Source: Verrucomicrobiota bacterium
Lineage (GTDB): Bacteria; Verrucomicrobiota; Verrucomicrobiia; Limisphaerales; SXQI01
Assembly (NCBI GenBank): GCA_033762115.1
Contig: JANRLX010000108.1
Coordinates: 1-16,628, forward strand
Direction of reading: 5' to 3'
Length of the DNA: 16,628 nucleotides
Position numbers and translations under genes: made by a program. Below are positions 8,505 to 16,434 of the stretch, piece by piece. The notes below the pieces were generated by a model. That model did no database searches, had not been told where the DNA came from, and worked only from the letters and a program-made list of their open reading frames with translations. How positions within the stretch are numbered: position 1 is the first letter of the stretch; every line of letters starts with the position of its first letter.

Positions 8505-9728
8505 ATGGTGTTGCGAGGGGGAGTGCGTTTGATCATGGAACCGGGTGAATCAGCGAAAGCTGCCGGTTTGATCTATGTGACTGAGGATTCCAAGGGAATC
8601 AGAAGACTCAAACGGGGAAAGGAATTTCACTTTGTTACTTCGACAGGACGAAAGATCAGTGACCCGATTGAACTGGGAAGGATCAAGAGATTGGCCATCC
8701 CGCCAGCCTGGACCGATGTGTGGATCTGCCCCTCGGCGAATGGACATTTGCAGGCGACGGGGCGGGATGCGAAGGGACGGAAACAGCATCGTTACCATGC
8801 ACGATGGCGGGAGGCACGGGATGAAACAAAGTATAACCGGATGGTGGTTTTTGCCAAAGCGCTGCCGTTGATCCGGAAACGACTGGAGAAAGACCTGAAG
8901 CGGCCGGGGTTGCCGAAGGAAAAGGTGCTGGCAACGGTGGTGAAAATTCTGGAGACGGGGTTAATCCGGGTTGGGAATGAAGAGTACGTGAAGCAGAACA
9001 ATTCGTTTGGATTGACGACGATGCGGGACCGGCATGTGAAAATCCGCGGGAACCAGATCCAGTTCAAGTTCCGGGGAAAATCGGGAAAGCAGCATGATAT
9101 CGACCTGAGCGATCCTGTGCTGGCGAAAATTGTGAAAAATTGCCAGGACCTGCCTGGGCAGGAATTATTTCAGTACCTGGATGAGAATGGAGAGCAGGTG
9201 CGGATCGGTTCGACGGATGTGAACCAATATTTGCGGGAGATCACCCAGGAGGATTTCACGGCGAAAGATTTCAGGACCTGGGCGGGCACGGTGCTGGCGG
9301 CAATGGCGTTGAAGGAGTTGGAAAAATTCGACAGCCAGGCGCAGGCGAAAAAGAACCTGAAAGCGGCGATTGAATCAGTGGCAGAACGGCTGGGAAATAC
9401 CGCGGCGATCTGCCGGAAATGTTACATCCATCCCTTTGTGCTGGAGGCTTATTTGTCGGGGAATTTGTTGCAGGCGGCGGAACAGCGGGCTCAGGACGTG
9501 ATCCGGGAGGGGTTAACGGGTTTGAGGCCGGAGGAGGCGGCGGTGCTGGCGTTTCTGGAGAGAAGATTGCGTGAGGTGAACGGGAGGCGGGAAGGCGGGT
9601 TGATGAAACAACTGGAAGCGTCCCTGAAGCATCGGGGGAAGGGGTTGGAATCGGGGAAAGGGGAAAAGCAGAAAGGAAAAGGAGGGAGACTGCAAAAGAG
9701 GACAAAAAAAGTTGGTCAAAGTCATTGA
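8505..9728 (+). CDS. DNA topoisomerase IB (bacterial, poxvirus-like)
   Basis: IPPAWTDVWIC, GHLQATGRDAKGRKQHRYH, and catalytic set IRVGN (R), FRGKSGK (K), KDFRTW (R), LGNT (N), CYIHP (Tyr nucleophile). The start could alternatively be ATG 8535. Confidence 0.95.
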   Translation: MVLRGGVRLIMEPGESAKAAGLIYVTEDSKGIRRLKRGKEFHFVTSTGRKISDPIELGRIKRLAIPPAWTDVWICPSANGHLQATGRDAKGRKQHRYHARWREARDETKYNRMVVFAKALPLIRKRLEKDLKRPGLPKEKVLATVVKILETGLIRVGNEEYVKQNNSFGLTTMRDRHVKIRGNQIQFKFRGKSGKQHDIDLSDPVLAKIVKNCQDLPGQELFQYLDENGEQVRIGSTDVNQYLREITQEDFTAKDFRTWAGTVLAAMALKELEKFDSQAQAKKNLKAAIESVAERLGNTAAICRKCYIHPFVLEAYLSGNLLQAAEQRAQDVIREGLTGLRPEEAAVLAFLERRLREVNGRREGGLMKQLEASLKHRGKGLESGKGEKQKGKGGRLQKRTKKVGQSH

Positions 9729-9752
9729 CTTGTAGGGGAAGTTTGTTACTTT
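9725..9752 (+). promoter_or_regulatory. Sigma70-type promoter of rplM-rpsI
   Basis: TTGACT (9725-9730) - 16 nt - TACTTT (9747-9752) with TG extension at 9744-9745; the -35 overlaps the TopIB TGA stop. Confidence 0.75.
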
Positions 9753-9775
9753 CTCCGCTCTTTTAAGAGTTTTTG

Positions 9776-10210
9776 ATGAAAACGTATTTGCCCAAAGTGA
9801 ATTTAGACGAGCGCAAGTGGCACGTTGTGGACGCTGATGGCGCTGTCCTCGGGCGTCTTGCTGTTCAAATTGCCAACATTTTGCGTGGCAAGAACAAGCC
9901 TTCCTTTACTCCCCATCTTGATGCGGGTGATTTTGTGGTTGTGATCAACGCGGAGAAAATCCTGCTGACCGGAAAGAAAGAAACGGAAAAACTGTTCATG
10001 AGTTATTCCGGATGGAAAGGTGGAGAACGTTATCGTTCGGTGGCGGAAATCCGCGCGAAGCACCCGGAACGATTGATCACGCATGCTGTCAAGGGAATGG
10101 TTCCGAAGAACCGCCTTGGCCGGACGTTGATGACGAAGTTGAAAGTGTATAAAGGAAGCCAGCATCCACATGCTGCACAACAGCCTGCGACTTTGACCGC
10201 AGCACAATAA
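9776..10210 (+). CDS. rplM: 50S ribosomal protein L13
   Basis: MKTY...[15 protein letters not shown]...[26 protein letters not shown]...[11 protein letters not shown] 9776 preferred over the preceding TTG. Confidence 0.99.
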   Translation: MKTYLPKVNLDERKWHVVDADGAVLGRLAVQIANILRGKNKPSFTPHLDAGDFVVVINAEKILLTGKKETEKLFMSYSGWKGGERYRSVAEIRAKHPERLITHAVKGMVPKNRLGRTLMTKLKVYKGSQHPHAAQQPATLTAAQ

Positions 10211-10217
10211 GAGATAT

Positions 10218-10610
10218 ATGGCAGAAAATGATTTTCTAGGGACTGGTCGCCGCAAGACATCGGTCGCCCGCGTCCGCATTTCCCCTGGTTCCGGAAAAAT
10301 CACCGTGAACGGACGTGCGTTCGAGAATTACTTTGTTGTGGATTCACAACGTCTTCTGGTGATGCAGCCGTTGACCGTGACGGACACTGCGACCAAGTTT
10401 GATGTGAGCATCAATGTGGCAGGTGGCGGACCGACCGGCCAGGCAGGTGCGGTGCGTCATGGTATTTCCCGTGCGCTTCTGGAAGCAGACGCGAATTTGC
10501 GCCCGGCATTAAAAGCTGAAGGGTTGCTGACGCGCGATCCGCGCATGAAGGAACGGAAGAAGTACGGCCAGCCTGGCGCTCGCAAGCGGTTCCAGTTCAG
10601 CAAGCGTTAA
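10218..10610 (+). CDS. rpsI: 30S ribosomal protein S9
   Basis: [12 protein letters not shown]...[19 protein letters not shown]...[14 protein letters not shown]...[10 protein letters not shown]; standard position after rplM. Confidence 0.99.
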   Translation: MAENDFLGTGRRKTSVARVRISPGSGKITVNGRAFENYFVVDSQRLLVMQPLTVTDTATKFDVSINVAGGGPTGQAGAVRHGISRALLEADANLRPALKAEGLLTRDPRMKERKKYGQPGARKRFQFSKR

Positions 10611-10626
10611 TTTCGGGCTTTCAATG

Positions 10627-10672
10627 CCCCGCTGGTGATGCGAAAAGCGATTTCACAGGTGCGGGGAATTTT
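10627..10672 (+). terminator. Candidate intrinsic terminator after rpsI
   Basis: CCCCGC (10627-10632) pairs with GCGGGG (10661-10666), enclosing GTGA/TCAC; followed by AATTTT. Imperfect stem and weak U-tract. Confidence 0.4.
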
Positions 10673-10690
10673 GCCTGGGGTTGTTTGTTG

Positions 10691-10899
10691 CGGCGGGGCA
10701 GGTTCAATCCAGGAGATTTTATTTACCTTGGGGCTGAGGGAAGTGGAGAATTCCCCCTCAAACCTGAGCGTGAAAGAATCAAGATCGTTGGGCATGAGGT
10801 TGCGCTACCGATGAGGGTAGTCAACATGCCAGCGATGCTCCCCTTCCCGTTCCAGGCGTCGGATTTCAGATTTCATTCAACTGGCTCCGTCCGGGTTTT
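10691..10899 (+). ncRNA. Unidentified structured RNA candidate upstream of argC
   Basis: Nested stems found by eye: CTTGGGGC/GTTCCAGG (10727-34/10849-56), GGGAAGTGGAG/CTCCCCTTCCC (10738-48/10838-48, 10 of 11 paired), apical hairpin 10784-10836 (ATCGTTG/CAGCGAT, GCAT/ATGC, GTTG/CAAC, CTACC/GGTAG), and possible outer stem CGGCGGGGC/GCTCCGTCCG followed by GGTTTT. G-U pairs favour the + strand. Confidence 0.4.
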
Positions 10900-10954
10900 A
10901 TGAGATGACTTCCGGCGGGCGTTTGCATTATTTGCATCGGGAGCAGGAGGATTC

Positions 10955-12022
10955 ATGAACGGCACAGGAACAGTAAAAACCGCCATCGTTGGAGCTTCAG
11001 GATATGCAGGGGAAGATCTGGTTCGCCTGCTGCTCGGGCATCCGCGCGCCGAGCTGGTTGCAATCACCTCCCGCCAGTATGCCGGGCAGACGCTGGCGCA
11101 GGTTTTTCCGAAATTCGCACATTTTCCGAAGGCCCGGGCGTTGCGTTTCCAGGAGCCGAACGCTGAATTGCTGGCAAAGCAGGCGGAGGTGGTGTTCCTG
11201 GCGTTGCCGCATGGAGTGGCGGCGGAGTACGCCGTGCCACTGGTGGCGCAGGGTTGCAGGGTGATTGACCTGAGCGCTGATTTTCGAATAAAAAGCGCCG
11301 AGGTTTACAAGGAATTTTATGCGCATGACCACCCGGCCCCGGAGCTTTTGAGCAAAGCGGTTTATGGGTTGCCGGAGTTCAAGCGGGCGCAAATCCGGGA
11401 GGCAACATTGCTGGCCTGCCCGGGGTGTTATCCCACAAGCATTTTAATTCCTGCCCTGCCGTTGCTGGAAGCCAGATTGATTCGCCATGACAATATTATT
11501 GCGAATTCATTGAGCGGGGTGACGGGAGCGGGACGAAAGGTGGAGCAGGATTATTTGTTTGCTGAATGCAACGAGAGCATCCGTGCGTATGGGGTGCCGA
11601 AGCATCGGCATTTGTCGGAAATCGAGCAGGAACTGGGCGCGGTTGCAGGAGACAAGGTGACGATCCAGTTTACGCCACACCTGATCCCGGTGAACCGGGG
11701 CATCCTGACCACCCTATATTTTTCTCCATCGAAGAAATTTGAGGGGGGAGAATTCCTGAAAATGGAGGAGGCGGTGAGGCAGGTTTACGCGAAGCGTTAC
11801 GGGAATGAACCGTTTGTGCGGTTGCTGGAAGGGAAAGCGATGCCGGACACCAAGAATGTGGTGGGAAGCAATTTTATCGAACTGGCGTGGCGAATTGATC
11901 CACGGACCCAACGCGTGATCGTGATCAGCGCGGAGGATAACATTGTAAAAGGGACCAGCGGGCAGGCGATCCAATGCTTCAATATCATGAGCGGTTTTGA
12001 GGAAACGACGGGGCTTTACTGA
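10955..12022 (+). CDS. argC: N-acetyl-gamma-glutamyl-phosphate reductase
   Basis: IVGASGYAG, FLALPHG, VIDLSADFR, catalytic PGCYPT, SGVTGAGR, HRHLSEI, FTPHL, DNIVKG; SD AGGAGG at 10945-10950. Confidence 0.98.
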   Translation: MNGTGTVKTAIVGASGYAGEDLVRLLLGHPRAELVAITSRQYAGQTLAQVFPKFAHFPKARALRFQEPNAELLAKQAEVVFLALPHGVAAEYAVPLVAQGCRVIDLSADFRIKSAEVYKEFYAHDHPAPELLSKAVYGLPEFKRAQIREATLLACPGCYPTSILIPALPLLEARLIRHDNIIANSLSGVTGAGRKVEQDYLFAECNESIRAYGVPKHRHLSEIEQELGAVAGDKVTIQFTPHLIPVNRGILTTLYFSPSKKFEGGEFLKMEEAVRQVYAKRYGNEPFVRLLEGKAMPDTKNVVGSNFIELAWRIDPRTQRVIVISAEDNIVKGTSGQAIQCFNIMSGFEETTGLY

Positions 12023-12032
12023 TCTGAATTGT

Positions 12033-13364
12033 ATGGGAAGAACAACGCTCTTTAACCTGGTGGAGGGGTCGGTGGTGGCGCCGAAAGGTTTTCGGGCCTC
12101 GGGAATTTTTTGCGATATCAAGCGCCTTGGGACCGGGAAAGGTTCAAACAAGGGGCAAAAGCGTGACCTGGGGTTGATCGTTTCCGAGGTGCCGGCAGCG
12201 GTGGCGGGGATGTTCACGACAAGCCAGGTTTGCGCCGCGCCGGTGAAGGTGAGTGTGAAGCGGGTGGCGGGGAAGGTGGGCCAGGGAATTGTGGTGAATT
12301 CGGGAAATGCCAATGCCTGCACCGGAAAGCAGGGGCTGCGGGATGCGCAGGCAATGACGGAACTCGCGGGACGACGATTGGGAATTGCCACGGAACATGT
12401 CCTTGTTTGTTCGACAGGGCGGATCGGGGTGAATCTTCCGATGAGCAATGTGACTCAGGGCATCATGATGGCGGCGGATGCGCTGGGAAACAGTGTCGCG
12501 CATGGAGGGGAACTGGCGGAAGCGATCATGACGAGCGATACGCGCCCGAAGCAGATCGCGGTTGAGTTTAAATTGGGTCGGAAGGTGGTGCGGATCGGCG
12601 GGGTGTGCAAGGGGGCGGGAATGATCCAGCCTGGAATGAGCCCGACCGGGGCACGACCGGCGACGAGTGGGTTGCATGCGACAATGCTTGGATTTATCAC
12701 GACCGATGCGGCGATTCCTCAGCGGCTGTTGCAGCAAGCTTTGGAAGTGGCGGTGGCCCTGAGTTTCAACCGGATCACGGTGGATGGGGACATGAGCACG
12801 AATGACACGGTGCTGCTGCTGGCAAACGGGCTGGCCGAAAATGGGAAGATCGCAGCAGGCTCGGCGGATTTCCGGAAATTCCAGGCCGCGCTAAACCATG
12901 TCTGCCTGGAACTGGCGCGCATGATTGTGCGGGATGGTGAAGGGGTGACACGTTTTGTGACGGTAACGGTGAAAGGGGCGAGGAGCGTAAAGGATGCGGA
13001 AGCGGCCGCACGGGCGGTGGCGAACAGCTCGCTTGTGAAAACCAGCTGGTTCGGTGGAGACCCGAACTGGGGCCGAATCCTTGGAGCATTGGGGTATTCC
13101 GAGGCGCGGATTGTCGAGGAGAAAATCGATGTGGCTTACAGCGTGCCGGGAAAAGCCGAGTTGATATATGCGTTGAAAAAAGGGCAGCCAACGGATGTAG
13201 CGTTTGGGACTTTGGTGAAACTGGTTTCGGGACCAGAATTTACGCTGCATATTTTCCTCAATGTGGGGAAGGAGGAAGCGACCATTTATACGTGCGACCT
13301 GACTGAAGAGTACGTGGATTTTAACAAGGGGGATGTGACCGACCCGGCATCCCTGGGGGGTTGA
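12033..13364 (+). CDS. argJ: Ornithine acetyltransferase / N-acetylglutamate synthase ArgJ
   Basis: [29 protein letters not shown]...[32 protein letters not shown]; start moved to ATG 12033, just after the argC stop. Confidence 0.98.
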   Translation: MGRTTLFNLVEGSVVAPKGFRASGIFCDIKRLGTGKGSNKGQKRDLGLIVSEVPAAVAGMFTTSQVCAAPVKVSVKRVAGKVGQGIVVNSGNANACTGKQGLRDAQAMTELAGRRLGIATEHVLVCSTGRIGVNLPMSNVTQGIMMAADALGNSVAHGGELAEAIMTSDTRPKQIAVEFKLGRKVVRIGGVCKGAGMIQPGMSPTGARPATSGLHATMLGFITTDAAIPQRLLQQALEVAVALSFNRITVDGDMSTNDTVLLLANGLAENGKIAAGSADFRKFQAALNHVCLELARMIVRDGEGVTRFVTVTVKGARSVKDAEAAARAVANSSLVKTSWFGGDPNWGRILGALGYSEARIVEEKIDVAYSVPGKAELIYALKKGQPTDVAFGTLVKLVSGPEFTLHIFLNVGKEEATIYTCDLTEEYVDFNKGDVTDPASLGG

Positions 13365-13365
13365 C

Positions 13366-14241
13366 ATGGAGGAGTTGATTCACAGGGCCGCGACTCTTCT
13401 CGAGGCATTGCCGTACATCCAAAAGTTTCGGAGCGCCACGGTGGTGATCAAGTACGGCGGCAGTTTTATGGATTCGCCGGACCCGGCAGTGCGTGAAGGG
13501 GTGGCACGGGACATTGTATTCCTGGAAGCGGTGGGGATCAACCCGGTGGTGGTTCATGGAGGAGGCAAGGCGATCACACGAGCGATGGAGGCAGCGGGGT
13601 TGAAGGCGACTTTTGTCCAGGGACAGCGAATGACGGATGAAGCAACGGTGAACGTGGTGGAACAGGTATTGTCACGGGAGATCAACCCTGAAGTGGTGCG
13701 GAACATTGTATCGCATGGAGGCAAAGCCAAAGGTTTTGCGGGGAGCGATTTGTTCAAGTCCCGACAGCTTTGGTTGAACGGCGCGGAAGGAGAACGGCTG
13801 GATATCGGGTATGTGGGGGAAGTGACCTCGGTGAACACGGAGCCGTTTCGGGAGTGCATCCGGCGGAGCACGACGCCGGTGGTCAGCCCGACTGCGCGGG
13901 GCGAGGATGGGCATATTTATAATTGCAATGCGGATGTGGCGGCGGCGCAGGTGGCGATTGCGTTGAAAGCGATGCGATTGATTTTCATGAGCGATGTGCC
14001 CGGATTGATGCGCGATCCGAAAGATCCTTCGACTGTGATTTCACACCTGCAAATCGGTGAGGTGGACTCATTAAAAAAGGCGGGGGTGATCGACAAGGGG
14101 ATGATCCCGAAAGTGGACAGCGCAGTGGCAGCGATCCAGGCCGGGGTGTCAAAAGTTTCATTTGTGGATGGGCGGGTGCCGCATTCAGTATTGCTGGAAA
14201 TGTTCACTGATGCTGGAATCGGAACGGAGGTGGTGGAATGA
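13366..14241 (+). CDS. argB: Acetylglutamate kinase
   Basis: LLEALPYI N-terminal extension, VIKYGGS, VVHGGG, YNCNAD, SDVPG, GMIPKV, EMFTDAGIGT. Confidence 0.98.
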   Translation: MEELIHRAATLLEALPYIQKFRSATVVIKYGGSFMDSPDPAVREGVARDIVFLEAVGINPVVVHGGGKAITRAMEAAGLKATFVQGQRMTDEATVNVVEQVLSREINPEVVRNIVSHGGKAKGFAGSDLFKSRQLWLNGAEGERLDIGYVGEVTSVNTEPFRECIRRSTTPVVSPTARGEDGHIYNCNADVAAAQVAIALKAMRLIFMSDVPGLMRDPKDPSTVISHLQIGEVDSLKKAGVIDKGMIPKVDSAVAAIQAGVSKVSFVDGRVPHSVLLEMFTDAGIGTEVVE

Positions 14242-15524
14242 AAGAACTGGTCCCGGCCGCACCGATTGTGCGGAATGATTATTCAAGCATTCAGGAGATT
14301 TTCCAAAAGAATGTCATCCCGTCGTATGGGCGATTTCCGCTGGCGTTCAGCCATGGATCGGGAAGTTACCTGTGGGATGTGGGAGGGCGACGGTATCTGG
14401 ATTTGGGTGGAGGTATTGCGGTCTGCACCCTGGGGCATGCGAATCCTGAGATCACGGAGACATTGATCGAGCAATCGAAACGGCTGATGCATGTTTCGAA
14501 CCTGTATTTCACCGGGCCGCAGGGAGAACTGGCGCAAGCGCTGGTTTCATTGATTGGACGCGGGAAATGTTTTTTCAGCAACAGCGGCGGGGAGGCAAAC
14601 GAAGGTTTGTACAAGCTGGCACGGAAGTTTGGACATGATGAAGGGCGATTTGAAATCATCACGGCCTGGAACTCCTTTCATGGGCGGACGCTGGGAGGGA
14701 TTTCGGCGACGGGACAGGAAAAGATCAAGAAAGGTTTTGAGCCAATGGTGCAGGGATTCAGGCATGTTCCCTACAACGATCTGGAGGCGGTCAGGAAAGC
14801 GATTTCACCAGCGACAGCCGCGGTGTTGATCGAAGGAATCCAGGGGGAGAGCGGAATCACCCCGGCGACCGCGGATTACCTGCTGGGTTTGCGGGAATTG
14901 TGCAATGAGAAGAATCTGTTACTGCTGTATGATGCGGTGCAATGCGGGCATTTCCGCACGGGCAGGTATATGAGTTACCAACGGATTCTGGAGTCTGTGC
15001 CCGGAGGTGATCGGTTTCTTCCGGACGGGATTTCGATGGCCAAGTCGCTGGGAGGTGGTTTTCCAATTGGAGCGTTCTGGGTAAGGGAACCGTATGCGGA
15101 TTTGTTGAGCGCAGGGACCCACGGGACAACCTACGGGGGAAATCCGCTGGGTTGCGCGGTCGCGCTGAAAATCCTGGAAGTGATCCGGCGTGACGGGCTG
15201 GAGGAAAATGTCCGGAAAACAGGGGATTTTCTGAAGCAACGCTTGATCGACCTGGTGAATCGGTATCCATCGGTCCTTAAAACGGTGCGCGGGTACGGAT
15301 TTATCATTGGCTTGGAACTGGCTGAGAACATCAGGGCCTTTGCAGGCAGGGAACGAAGCCCCGCGCTCCAGTTTATTGATCAGTTGCATGAGGCGGGGGT
15401 TTTGGCGATTCCTTCAGGGACGCGGATCATCCGGCTGCTTCCAGCCTTGAATTTGAGGCATGTGGAAGCGGCGGAAGGGTTGGGAATCATTGAATCAGTT
15501 GTGTCACGGCTGGATCGTAATTAA
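14238..15524 (+). CDS. argD: Acetylornithine aminotransferase (class III PLP enzyme)
   Basis: YLDLGGGIAV..LGH, FFSNSGGEANE, SFHGRT, EGIQGESG, AKSLGGG (PLP lysine), HGTTYGGNPL, RLLPAL; ATGA overlap with argB. Confidence 0.96.
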   Translation: MKELVPAAPIVRNDYSSIQEIFQKNVIPSYGRFPLAFSHGSGSYLWDVGGRRYLDLGGGIAVCTLGHANPEITETLIEQSKRLMHVSNLYFTGPQGELAQALVSLIGRGKCFFSNSGGEANEGLYKLARKFGHDEGRFEIITAWNSFHGRTLGGISATGQEKIKKGFEPMVQGFRHVPYNDLEAVRKAISPATAAVLIEGIQGESGITPATADYLLGLRELCNEKNLLLLYDAVQCGHFRTGRYMSYQRILESVPGGDRFLPDGISMAKSLGGGFPIGAFWVREPYADLLSAGTHGTTYGGNPLGCAVALKILEVIRRDGLEENVRKTGDFLKQRLIDLVNRYPSVLKTVRGYGFIIGLELAENIRAFAGRERSPALQFIDQLHEAGVLAIPSGTRIIRLLPALNLRHVEAAEGLGIIESVVSRLDRN

Positions 15525-15532
15525 ATCAGAGG

Positions 15533-16429
15533 ATGAAACACCTGCTCAGCATCGAACAGTTATCGGGAGGGGAGATAAGGGAGATCCTTGAGTTGTCGCG
15601 CGTACTGAAACGGGAACGGGGGCAGCATCGAGAAAAACCGCTGCAAGGACAAACGTGGGCGTTGATTTTTTCGAAGTCATCGACGCGAACACGGGTATCG
15701 TTCGAGGTAGGAATCCGTGAACTGGGCGGTGATGTGATGTTTCTCAATGCCAATGATATTCAATTGGGCCGAGGAGAACCGATCAAGGACACCGCTCGTG
15801 TGCTTGGCCGGATGATTCATGGAGCGGTGATTCGGACTTTCGCGCAGCAGGATGTGGTGGATTTCGCAAATTACTCGAAGATCCCGACAATCAACGCATT
15901 GACGGATGAGGAGCATCCGTGCCAGATCCTGGCGGATATCCTGACTTACGAGGAGAAGCGGGGGCCGATCACGGGGAAGAATGTGGTATTTGTGGGAGAT
16001 GGGGCATGCAACGTACCGGTCTCGTGGATTTTTGCGGCTGAGCGGCTGAAATTTCATTTGAAGATTGCTGCGCCGAAAAAATATCAACCCTCCCCTGCCC
16101 TGCTGGAAAAGGCGCATGGGCATGTGACAGTGACGGAGGATTTAAAAAAGGGATGTGAAGGGGCTGACCTGCTTTACACGGATGTGTGGATTTCGATGGG
16201 TAAAGAAGCGGAATCAGCTGAAAGATTGAGTGATTTAAGTGGTTACCAAATCAATGAGGAAGTGGTGAAAGTGGCTGCTCCTGACGCTTTGGTGATGCAT
16301 TGCCTGCCAGCGTATCGAGGCAAGGAGATCAGTGAAGAAACTTTTGAACGTAATGCTGAAACAATTTTCGACGAGGCGGAGAACCGTTTGCACGCCCAGA
16401 AAGGGGTGTTGAGCTGGTTGCTAAGCTAA
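15533..16429 (+). CDS. argF: Ornithine carbamoyltransferase
   Basis: SSTRTRVSFE, HPCQILAD, YTDVWISMG, MHCLPA, AENRLH. Confidence 0.98.
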   Translation: MKHLLSIEQLSGGEIREILELSRVLKRERGQHREKPLQGQTWALIFSKSSTRTRVSFEVGIRELGGDVMFLNANDIQLGRGEPIKDTARVLGRMIHGAVIRTFAQQDVVDFANYSKIPTINALTDEEHPCQILADILTYEEKRGPITGKNVVFVGDGACNVPVSWIFAAERLKFHLKIAAPKKYQPSPALLEKAHGHVTVTEDLKKGCEGADLLYTDVWISMGKEAESAERLSDLSGYQINEEVVKVAAPDALVMHCLPAYRGKEISEETFERNAETIFDEAENRLHAQKGVLSWLLS

Positions 16430-16434
16430 AGCAA

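Noticed and set aside
8505..9728. TopIB as a tyrosine recombinase/integrase marking a mobile element
   Set aside because: The motifs are those of bacterial TopIB, and there are no att repeats, tRNA target or phage/plasmid genes nearby.
10695..10856. Calling a canonical TPP riboswitch, T-box, SRP RNA or 6S RNA in the rpsI-argC spacer
   Set aside because: TPP P4/P5 spacing is wrong; there is no T-box GGTGGNACC motif; no SRP GNRA/AGCAG motif; the main internal loop is far too asymmetric for a typical 6S bubble. Kept only as an unidentified structured-RNA candidate.
10922..10938. TTTGCATTATTTGCATC as an ArgR (ARG) box
   Set aside because: TGCA-N5-TGCA is one base short of the TG[AC]AT-N4-AT[GT]CA spacing, there is no second tandem box, and no argR is in the window; suggestive only.
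14925..14965. ArgD DAVQCG instead of the usual DEVQTG as a sign of inactivation
   Set aside because: The PLP-contacting Asp, the Gln and the Schiff-base Lys (AKSLGGG) are intact; likely ordinary variation.
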